A stretch of 53,911 nucleotides of DNA from Candidatus Thorarchaeota archaeon. Its GTDB lineage: Archaea > Asgardarchaeota > Thorarchaeia > Thorarchaeales > Thorarchaeaceae. The stretch spans positions 1 through 53,911 of the forward strand of contig JAEOUG010000106.1 in the NCBI GenBank assembly GCA_016839445.1. Direction: 5' to 3'. Shown here one piece after another: positions 46,523 through 53,911 of this stretch (within the stretch, counting starts at the first letter, position 1; every line of letters starts with the position of its first letter). The notes below the pieces were generated by a model that was not told where the DNA came from, ran no database searches, and saw only the letters and a program-made list of their open reading frames with translations. Position numbers and translations under genes: made by a program.

Positions 46523-47113
46523 ATGCGAGAGCCCACGCGACTCAGATTCATTCAGCTACTTCCCAAGGTTCCACCAAGAGCGGATTTCCTTCTGAGAGAC
46601 CTACCGGGCTCGGGGCATCGCATAGACGTGCTCTGTCGAGACCTGGCCGCCTGTTTCGAGTGGGGACCAGCATCATGGGAGAGAAGCAGCATCGAACTCG
46701 TGGCAGTCCTTCAGGGCGGCACAACTATCACATTCAATCATTATGACAAACGAGATGCAATGGGGGAGGTCGGATGGGCACAACTGATTCAGGACGCCCT
46801 GATGATGAGGTCCGTTGAGGGAATCAAAGTCACACTGCAGACACTGGAGAACCTACTCGAAGAGATAATGAGCACTAGAAACTCCGAGGTGTTCATGTTA
46901 CATGAAGCGGGCGGTCCATTCCAAGAGGTTGTGGAGACTTGCCGGGCCACTCAGAACAGTTTTATGCTCGGAGACCATAGAGGCTTCGATTCGCAGACAG
47001 AAGAAATCCTCACCTCATATGGGGTGAAACGGGTATCTCTAGGTGAGAGGAGCTATCTCAGTAGCCATTGTATCTCCGCAATCATATCGCGCTTCGAGAG
47101 GATGTGCCGATGA
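46523..47113 (+). CDS. trmY: tRNA (pseudouridine54-N1)-methyltransferase TrmY-like SPOUT protein
   Basis: DLPGSG.RIDVLCR, LHEAG, FMLGDHRG, VSLG..SYLSSHCI. Confidence 0.85.
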   Translation: MREPTRLRFIQLLPKVPPRADFLLRDLPGSGHRIDVLCRDLAACFEWGPASWERSSIELVAVLQGGTTITFNHYDKRDAMGEVGWAQLIQDALMMRSVEGIKVTLQTLENLLEEIMSTRNSEVFMLHEAGGPFQEVVETCRATQNSFMLGDHRGFDSQTEEILTSYGVKRVSLGERSYLSSHCISAIISRFERMCR

Positions 47114-47466
47114 CAGAGAAATCGAAAGGGAAACAGAAGGATTCTCCCAAGGCAATAACAAGGCTTGTTGACAAGCTGACCAAGGAGATGCTCTGGATGT
47201 ACATTCTACGCCTACTCCAAGAGCGTCCTCACTATGGATATGAGATTAAGCAGCTAATCCAGGAGCGCTTCGGATTCTCCCCTGCGACAGTCAGCGGGTA
47301 CGCCATCATCTATAGGCTCACCAAGGATGGACTCATTGAAGAGCAACGCCGAGAGGACTCTCCGCGCAAGTACTACGCGATCACGAAGAAGGGGAGCGAG
47401 GCCATGTCAGAGGCGAAGGAGTTCCTGGAGAACACTGTAGGCATGGTATTCGACAAGACGGACTAG
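47110..47466 (+). CDS. PadR family transcriptional regulator
   Basis: HYGYEI, RKYYAITKKG; ATGA overlap with trmY. Confidence 0.9.
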   Translation: MTEKSKGKQKDSPKAITRLVDKLTKEMLWMYILRLLQERPHYGYEIKQLIQERFGFSPATVSGYAIIYRLTKDGLIEEQRREDSPRKYYAITKKGSEAMSEAKEFLENTVGMVFDKTD

Positions 47467-48374
47467 GAAGTGACAACTCCGTCGAGAACTTCATCTGCTC
47501 TCCGTTTCATCTCGTGAGTTTCGATGCGAAACATCGGTCCGGACTGCTCAACGCTGATACTGGCGGCGGCGCTGGCCACCGCAGCTGATTCTACGGCCGA
47601 CCGACCCTGAATGAGACCTGCGGCAAAAGCTGCAAGATGAACTGACCCCGCACCATACGTATCAACGGCCATGACCTCGTATGCGGGCACACGATGGAAC
47701 CTGTGGCCGTCGAATATGAGTGCCCCATGGGGCCCGAGAGTGAGAATGCAGGTCTCAGCGAACGCTTCCACAACCAGCTCAACCTGGACGTACGGATCGT
47801 CTTCTCCCAGGAAGTGACGGGCTTCGTCCACATTCACTTGAATGAAGTCCAAGTAGCACTGGGTCTTGTCGAGAGAATCGATGGTAGGAAGAGGCTCCGG
47901 TTTCTGGCTACGTCCAACACCATAGAGCTGAGGGTCCATCAGAATCCTCGCATCTGATGAATCACAGAGCCATTGAATGAACTCAGAATCAATCTCCTGT
48001 AGTGCGGGAGAGAGAATGATGGCCTCTGATGCCAAGTACTCCTCAGGCACATCTCTTACGCCTATGTTCTTGGCGACACCTATGCAGCGCGAGGCACTTA
48101 CGTCACCGTTGGGCATCAGTTCGAGCTCGAATCCGCCCGTTGTGTCGGAACCTAACGCCAAGAACTCCGCATCTCCAAGATCGTCGACGAAGCTAGCGTA
48201 CTCACTCTTGCAGTCATCCGCGATGGCCCCCACAGATGCCAGCCTAGTACCCCCAAGTTGCTGGAGAGTTCTTAGCGAGAAGGCCGAGGGGCCATAGTTC
48301 AGGCGGGATTGGCTTCCTGGTGAGAAGGAAACCTCACAGAACGAGGGATTGCCAATCACAAGGACTTCATACAT
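47463..48374 (-). CDS. PfkB/ribokinase-fold protein with a degenerate catalytic motif
   Basis: DPQ, NVDEA, TLGPHG, VDTYGAGS in place of GAGD. Confidence 0.8.
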   Translation of the reverse strand: MYEVLVIGNPSFCEVSFSPGSQSRLNYGPSAFSLRTLQQLGGTRLASVGAIADDCKSEYASFVDDLGDAEFLALGSDTTGGFELELMPNGDVSASRCIGVAKNIGVRDVPEEYLASEAIILSPALQEIDSEFIQWLCDSSDARILMDPQLYGVGRSQKPEPLPTIDSLDKTQCYLDFIQVNVDEARHFLGEDDPYVQVELVVEAFAETCILTLGPHGALIFDGHRFHRVPAYEVMAVDTYGAGSVHLAAFAAGLIQGRSAVESAAVASAAASISVEQSGPMFRIETHEMKRRADEVLDGVVTS

Positions 48375-49092
48375 CCGTCGCTTCTCCCTTCCCGGAGCCA
48401 ATCATCTTCTTTGCATAGGCCAACCTCTGGACTACCGTGATGTGTGAGAGAACGGCAACGATCGCTATGCAGAAGGTGAGAATGTTGGTGATGTCTAGGG
48501 CGACGAAGAAGTCACTTAGTAATGGAATGCCAGACCAGAGGTCCATCCAAATGTTTGTCGTTGGCAGTGCCAGCAGAAGGATACCTGCGATCTGGAGTAT
48601 AAGCTTCTCCTGTCGCTCAGCTATCCCAACTGTGCAGCTCTTCATGCCGCCTACTGACTCAGCCTTCGCTCGAGCAAAGCTAGCCATTATCATCCCAAAG
48701 AGGGCGAGGAAGCCCCAGAACCAAGGCACGAAAGGATCCCCAGCGGTCCACCAGGGAATAGTCGTGGCCACCGGACCCATCATCAAACCAAGCATGAAGA
48801 GGAACTCGGCGTATCTATCTAGAGTGTGGTCAAACGTGGCACCAAAAGGAGTGGCAAGTCCTGCGGCCCGGGCCACAGCGCCATCAAACATGTCTAGGAC
48901 AACTGTCAGGATCATTATCGCGAGTCCTAGTAGTAGGTCACCGAGATAGAAGAACCAAGCACTCACCAGTGCAACCACAACGGTCAGGCCTGTAATCATG
49001 TTGGGTGTGATGCCAGTTCGCGCGAGAAGCCTTCCAACTGGCGCCATGGCTCGTTGATATCTCTCTCTCAGTGTTCCTAACATGAGTGCCAC
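48367..49092 (-). CDS. CDP-alcohol phosphatidyltransferase (archaetidylinositol-phosphate synthase-like)
   Basis: TPNMIT, DMFDGAVAR...FGATFDHTLDRYAE, ARAKAE, GIAERQE. Confidence 0.9.
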   Translation of the reverse strand: MALMLGTLRERYQRAMAPVGRLLARTGITPNMITGLTVVVALVSAWFFYLGDLLLGLAIMILTVVLDMFDGAVARAAGLATPFGATFDHTLDRYAEFLFMLGLMMGPVATTIPWWTAGDPFVPWFWGFLALFGMIMASFARAKAESVGGMKSCTVGIAERQEKLILQIAGILLLALPTTNIWMDLWSGIPLLSDFFVALDITNILTFCIAIVAVLSHITVVQRLAYAKKMIGSGKGEATDV

Positions 49093-49162
49093 CTATGCCT
49101 CTAACGGCATTCCCGCCACTTCTGCACCGTTAATAAACGTGTTGCGGCACAGGGCATGAAGG

Positions 49163-50836
49163 CTAGCCCAAGACGCTCTTGATTCGTGCCGATACCCAAT
49201 CGTTTCCCAGCAGGTTGAGGAAGGGACCGAGACGAGGACCGGATTTTCGAGAGATGGTAATCCGGTATAGAACTAGGAAAGCACGCTTCTCTTTGATGTC
49301 CACTTCGCGGGCCTTCTCAAAGACAGCGCCCTGCATCTCCTCATCATCTAGGGCTCCTGACTCTAGCACCTTGTCAAATGCCGCGAGGAACTGCTTGTCT
49401 TGGTCGGTGAGGGTTGAGATGACGTCCGCGGGGACGTGGTCGGAGATCTCGATTCTGTCTCGGTCAGAGCCGAATTGGAGTGCCCAGTTCTTCGCCCTTC
49501 TAAGCCGATCTGGAACCATCTTCATAGCCGCCTCCGGGACCTCATTCAGATGATACTGCTTCTTGAGCATCTCCCTACATCGGTCCATGATGACATCTTC
49601 ACCAAGCAGCTCCACCATCTGGGAGGTTGTGACAGAGAATCTGAATGAGAGCTTCGGAATGTACTCCTCACTTACAGATCCTGCCACACAGAGCGGATAC
49701 ACAAGCCGCGCTAGGTTCCTTCGATCATCGTCGGCCTCTTCCAGACCATAGTAGACCCTCTCCAACCTCTCGAACTCATCCACCAAATCTGGAATCCTGT
49801 CGGTCTGGATATTGTATGCTCTGGTGGGTTCAGTTCTGAGGACAATGAAGCGATAGAGCTCAGGAGGAGCGATTTCGAGAAACTTCTTGGGAGTGAAGAC
49901 GATGCCTTCACTGGTGCTCATGTCCCTTCCACCAATGCGAATCCACTCAAACGGGACTTTCACTGGCCCCTGCCAACCAAAGATTCTCCTCGACATTTCG
50001 AGGCCTGTATCATAGGAGCCACCCTTCACTGAATGGTCCTTGCCAGCAGGTTCGCAGGTCACATTGAGCACGTACCACTTAGCCACCCAGTCAATCCTCC
50101 ATGACAACTTCACTCTTGTTTCTGATAGGAGCGACGTCGCGGAGTGGCCACACGCATGGCACTCGTAGGAGACCATGTCAGTACCGGGGTCGTATCCAGT
50201 GACCCTGTTCGGTATAATGGAGCCCTTGCCACCAGCCTGGAGTTTTCCACACACTGGACATATCACGGATGCAGGGTACCAGGAGTCCATCGATTCAATG
50301 TATTCATCACGCTGGTCCTCGGTGAACCCGCCAGCAATGTACTTGATCATGATCTCGCGGATTGTCTCTGTCTCTCTTAGGCAGGTCCGGACAGCATCCA
50401 TCATCTCTGGAGTATCGTAGAGCTTGCTCTGCCAGTAGACCTCAGGATTCAGACCAAACTCGTCAAAGGTCTCAATGAGCTCATTGGCCCAGTGTGCTCC
50501 GAAGCTCTCACAGCAACCAAAGCTGTCAGGGATGTCGGAATAGGGAGTTCCCATCCATTCATCAGAGAGCTCCACTGTGCCTGGAATAGATCGTATGGGG
50601 TCGAAGTCGTCCACGACAAACATGGTCTTAGCATTCTTGCCCAGTCTTTGGAGCTCCCTCTTGATGACATCGCCAATGATCAATTCTCGGACGAAGCCTA
50701 TGTGGATTGCACCGCTGGAACTCTTTCCGGAGGAGATGCGGAATTCTTCAACGTCGCGTTCTAGAACCTCATTAACCACGTCTTCTATCCAGTGGATTGA
50801 GTATTCCTCTTCTTGATTGGATTCTCCTTCGGTCAT
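49163..50836 (-). CDS. lysS: Class I lysine--tRNA ligase
   Basis: HW, SGAIHIG, WRIDW, EPAGKDH...GSY, MSTS, GPRLG. Confidence 0.97.
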   Translation of the reverse strand: MTEGESNQEEEYSIHWIEDVVNEVLERDVEEFRISSGKSSSGAIHIGFVRELIIGDVIKRELQRLGKNAKTMFVVDDFDPIRSIPGTVELSDEWMGTPYSDIPDSFGCCESFGAHWANELIETFDEFGLNPEVYWQSKLYDTPEMMDAVRTCLRETETIREIMIKYIAGGFTEDQRDEYIESMDSWYPASVICPVCGKLQAGGKGSIIPNRVTGYDPGTDMVSYECHACGHSATSLLSETRVKLSWRIDWVAKWYVLNVTCEPAGKDHSVKGGSYDTGLEMSRRIFGWQGPVKVPFEWIRIGGRDMSTSEGIVFTPKKFLEIAPPELYRFIVLRTEPTRAYNIQTDRIPDLVDEFERLERVYYGLEEADDDRRNLARLVYPLCVAGSVSEEYIPKLSFRFSVTTSQMVELLGEDVIMDRCREMLKKQYHLNEVPEAAMKMVPDRLRRAKNWALQFGSDRDRIEISDHVPADVISTLTDQDKQFLAAFDKVLESGALDDEEMQGAVFEKAREVDIKEKRAFLVLYRITISRKSGPRLGPFLNLLGNDWVSARIKSVLG

Positions 50837-50883
50837 GCGAGCCCCAGTGGCTACGTACCGACATGGGCAAAAGAACGTTGCCC

Positions 50884-52749
50884 TCAGGATGCAAACTCTG
50901 AGACTCGCAGATCGTTCCTGCTGTTGAAGAAGAGGTACACTGGTATCGCTGAGAGGACTATCACAACCATAATGGCGGCGAAGACGGCCATTATAGAGAA
51001 TGGCAGATAGGCGATACTGGGAACAGCAGCCTCTGGAATCAGGACATATATGCTTAGAATTGTCGACACTATCAGAGCCGGAATTGCTGCACGTATGCCC
51101 ATGTCCAGTCCCTCTCCAATCATCACTTTCGCGATGAAGCTCGGCTTCGCACCGATAGACCGCATGATGACATAGTCCCTAAGGCGCCCGAAGACTGACA
51201 CCAGTAGGTAGTTCATGAGACCGAGAAACGCGCTCAGGAGAGCCATGAGGGCAAGAGGATTCAGCAAACCCCATACTGATCGTATCGCGTGCAAGTTCTC
51301 TGACAGGACCTCTTCCTGTCTGTAGACATCAAGGCCATGGGATATTGCCAGCGCTTCGATCTCATCTATGACTGACTGGTCATATTCATCTAGCTGAACG
51401 AGAGCAAGATTGGGTCCTGATGCGCCCCAGTAGCCCTGAAGAGAGGCACGGTCGGTCAACGCCATCATGCCCCCATTCAGTACGTCGAATGCCATCGCTC
51501 GGATGTCAAGCGATACAACATCAAGCGGCGCGTCGAACTGGAGGGACTGCACCAGAGGATCCACAAACATCTGTTCTGCAAGGGCGCCGCCAATCCAGAC
51601 CTGCCCTGTAGTGTTGGTTGTGGTACCTTCGAAATACCAATCGGAGATTGTCTGACCCCAGTCAATCCCCACGAGGAGGGCGGAGCCTTCCCGACCCTCT
51701 CCGACGATGACGTAGTCCTCAATGGTGGGGTTCCAGACTATGCCTGGTCCTTCCTCTACGTCAGAATAGATGACGAAGCGTGACTCGGTCTTTCTTACAC
51801 CCAAGAGAGCATTGAGGTCTTGTAGGAGTTCATCAGGAATCAGATCTTCAGGATCAAGGAAGCTGAATGAGGCATTCAAGGGCTCTCCGTACAGGGAATA
51901 CGCACCGTAGTACTGAGCAAGCAAGTCACTGCTACCTATGGCAACTACGTTCACGCCCATCGAGCGTATCACGTACGATTCAGATGTGGTTTCAACGATC
52001 CCTCCACCAGTCCAAAGCATAGAGGCGATAGTGAAGCTGAGAAACAGTGAGAGGACCGCACGTCGAGTGCCCTTCACTCTGCGTCCTGTATTCTTGGAGG
52101 CCATTCGGAAGGCAAGCCCGAAGGAGTCCATGAATCCGGCACGCTGGACCTTCGTCCCGACCTCAGGATTGAGCGCGAGTGATGGTGACTCCTGCACTGC
52201 ATCGTAGATGGGCTTCTGGGTCGAGTAATACCCAGCTACAAGGTAAATCCCTGCAAGTATCGCAACTTGGAGGATTGGAAACTGAAAGGTGAACACGATG
52301 CCGGGCACGGCACTACTGAGCCATATCATTGCGAGCATGTAGAATAGAGTGCCGGATCCTATTCCCAGGACAATTCCGATTACCAGGACAATCACCGACT
52401 GCGCCATGAAGTAGTCAAAGATTGTATCGAGTAGAGTCCCCATGGCTTTCATGAGTCCGATGTCACGACGACGAGTGACCATCTCCAGAGAAACGGTTGA
52501 TGAAACCACAATAGCGCCCATGAGAAAGACCATGAGCAGAATGGCCCAGATGAACGTGGTCAGGAATGTGCCCAAAGCAGAGGACAGTCCACTCCCCAGT
52601 GTGAAAGATGTAACATCAAGAAGTGCATTGCCGAAGAGAAAGATGAACGTGGTAGACGCGATGACACTTGTGAGCGAGAGCAGAACCAACGTGGTTCGGA
52701 AGGGCCTTCGCTTGAGATCCTTTGATGCGAAGGTGTCATGCTCAGACAT
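50884..52749 (-). CDS. FtsX/MacB-like ABC permease with two TM modules
   Basis: RRRDIGLMKAMG and RLRDYVIMRSIGA motifs; one extracytoplasmic domain. Confidence 0.88.
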   Translation of the reverse strand: MSEHDTFASKDLKRRPFRTTLVLLSLTSVIASTTFIFLFGNALLDVTSFTLGSGLSSALGTFLTTFIWAILLMVFLMGAIVVSSTVSLEMVTRRRDIGLMKAMGTLLDTIFDYFMAQSVIVLVIGIVLGIGSGTLFYMLAMIWLSSAVPGIVFTFQFPILQVAILAGIYLVAGYYSTQKPIYDAVQESPSLALNPEVGTKVQRAGFMDSFGLAFRMASKNTGRRVKGTRRAVLSLFLSFTIASMLWTGGGIVETTSESYVIRSMGVNVVAIGSSDLLAQYYGAYSLYGEPLNASFSFLDPEDLIPDELLQDLNALLGVRKTESRFVIYSDVEEGPGIVWNPTIEDYVIVGEGREGSALLVGIDWGQTISDWYFEGTTTNTTGQVWIGGALAEQMFVDPLVQSLQFDAPLDVVSLDIRAMAFDVLNGGMMALTDRASLQGYWGASGPNLALVQLDEYDQSVIDEIEALAISHGLDVYRQEEVLSENLHAIRSVWGLLNPLALMALLSAFLGLMNYLLVSVFGRLRDYVIMRSIGAKPSFIAKVMIGEGLDMGIRAAIPALIVSTILSIYVLIPEAAVPSIAYLPFSIMAVFAAIMVVIVLSAIPVYLFFNSRNDLRVSEFAS

Positions 52750-53503
52750 ACGGACTCAGCACTCCATCATCCATAGTGAAACGACGGGCACCTTTTCGAC
52801 GGACAATCTTCTCATCGTGTGTCATCACTATGACCGCTTTCTCCTGTCTGTTGAGTTCGTTCAGAAGGTCACGAACCATCTGGCCGCTCTCTCCATCAAG
52901 ATTGGCCGTAGGCTCATCCGCGAGCACAATCGGGGGATCATTTGCCATTGCCCTTGCAATAGCCACTCTCTGCTGTTCTCCTGAACTAAGCTGCCATGGC
53001 AGGTGATCAGACCTGTGGTCCATCTTCACTATCTTCAGGAGCCTCATGGCTTCGTCTTCGAGGTCCTTCTTGCTCTTCTCGTAGAGCTGCATTGGAAACA
53101 GGACATTCTCAAGAGCCGTAAGCGTCGAAACCAGGTTGTAGCTTTGAAAGATGAAACCAGTGTTTGTCAGACGGAACGATGCTCTAAAGGACTCGTCGTA
53201 GTCTCCGATGGGTACGTCCATGACGAAGACACGTCCCGACGACGCGGTATCTATTGCCCCAATGATGTTCAGAAGGGTTGTCTTTCCAGATCCTGAATGG
53301 CCAGAAATGACTACAAACTCACCTGGCTTCACTTCTAGGTTGACTCCCTTCAGAGCGTCGATTTTCTTTCTGCCCATCTTGTAGGTTCTGCAGACATCGA
53401 GGAGCCGCACAGCGTGTACAATCTCTCCGAAATCATCGGCTTCTAGGTCCTCTCGCGTGTAATCTACTGCATCCATGAAGTCCTCATCAGTCAAGTGAAT
53501 CAC
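52742..53503 (-). CDS. ABC ATP-binding protein (LolD-like)
   Basis: GHSGSGKTT, LSSGEQQR, ADEPTANLD, MTH. Confidence 0.95.
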   Translation of the reverse strand: MIHLTDEDFMDAVDYTREDLEADDFGEIVHAVRLLDVCRTYKMGRKKIDALKGVNLEVKPGEFVVISGHSGSGKTTLLNIIGAIDTASSGRVFVMDVPIGDYDESFRASFRLTNTGFIFQSYNLVSTLTALENVLFPMQLYEKSKKDLEDEAMRLLKIVKMDHRSDHLPWQLSSGEQQRVAIARAMANDPPIVLADEPTANLDGESGQMVRDLLNELNRQEKAVIVMTHDEKIVRRKGARRFTMDDGVLSPYV

Positions 53504-53569
53504 CCAGAGTACGTTGTCGCTCTTGCGAGGGGGTCAACCGAATTCAAGATAAAAGTGAGGGTTGGACAT

Positions 53570-53911
53570 CTACTGTACTAGTACGTCCAGGCAGCTTATT
53601 GCCGTCCGTGCCCAATCCGTGAGGATCACAGGCTTCTCCCTTCCAAACACCTTCACCGAATTGAGGATGTCTGCATCCAGAAGTCCACTAACATAGTAGG
53701 ACACCAGGCTCTTGTCTATGTCCAATGTGCGACTGATGTCAGCCTGAGTTGTTCTGCCGTTTCTCGCACACTCAGAGAGTATTGAGCTAACAGTCGGGTT
53801 TCTGGCCATAGCAGTGAGTAACTGAACTCGGTCCTCAGCAGGATAGTCTGCTGCGAACAGGTGTCGCACGTTGCCATTTCTCAGTGATGTAATGGTCCCT
53901 TCACTCTCGAG
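53570..53911 (-). CDS. Winged-helix transcription regulator, 5'-truncated by the window edge
   Basis: Frame stays open to 53911; TQADISRTLDIDKSLVSYYVSGL HTH. Confidence 0.75.
   Translation of the reverse strand, partial: LESEGTITSLRNGNVRHLFAADYPAEDRVQLLTAMARNPTVSSILSECARNGRTTQADISRTLDIDKSLVSYYVSGLLDADILNSVKVFGREKPVILTDWARTAISCLDVLVQ

Noticed and set aside
1-53911. CRISPR array, rRNA, transposase or defence island
   Set aside because: No regularly spaced direct repeats, rRNA-like segments or corresponding protein motifs were seen

Overview
Gene-dense, roughly 50-55% GC archaeal chromosomal window, most likely from an Asgard archaeon of the Thorarchaeia type. The lineage call is an inference from gene content: four small GTPases, a Roadblock protein, longin-like and PCI-like proteins, eS26, a stand-alone EF-2 paralog and a selenoprotein SelD. 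Housekeeping content includes the archaeal CoA pathway (PoK, PPS, panE, coaBC), rtcB, cca, trmY, class I lysS, tmk, ino1, an XPF-like nuclease, SSB, tRNA-Gln(CTG) and two FtsX/LolD-type ABC systems. The ORF track misses or truncates three things: selD continues upstream through an in-frame TGA (selenocysteine, G-U-S-C-K), the tRNA-Gln gene, and a 54-aa small ORF. The best candidate for an undescribed system is 27763-31139, where an NPRL2/uDENN-like longin plus winged-helix gene, a hairpin-rich 420-bp spacer and a longin-Arf-like GTPase-acidic-tail fusion lie in tandem. Also notable are an MglA/CvnD-like GTPase with a natural catalytic Gln-to-Leu change, a PfkB protein lacking its catalytic Asp, and a giant surface protein with CWB2-like repeats and a gingipain-like domain. 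No CRISPR array, rRNA or mobile element was seen. All calls come from reading motifs by eye; no database searches were run.
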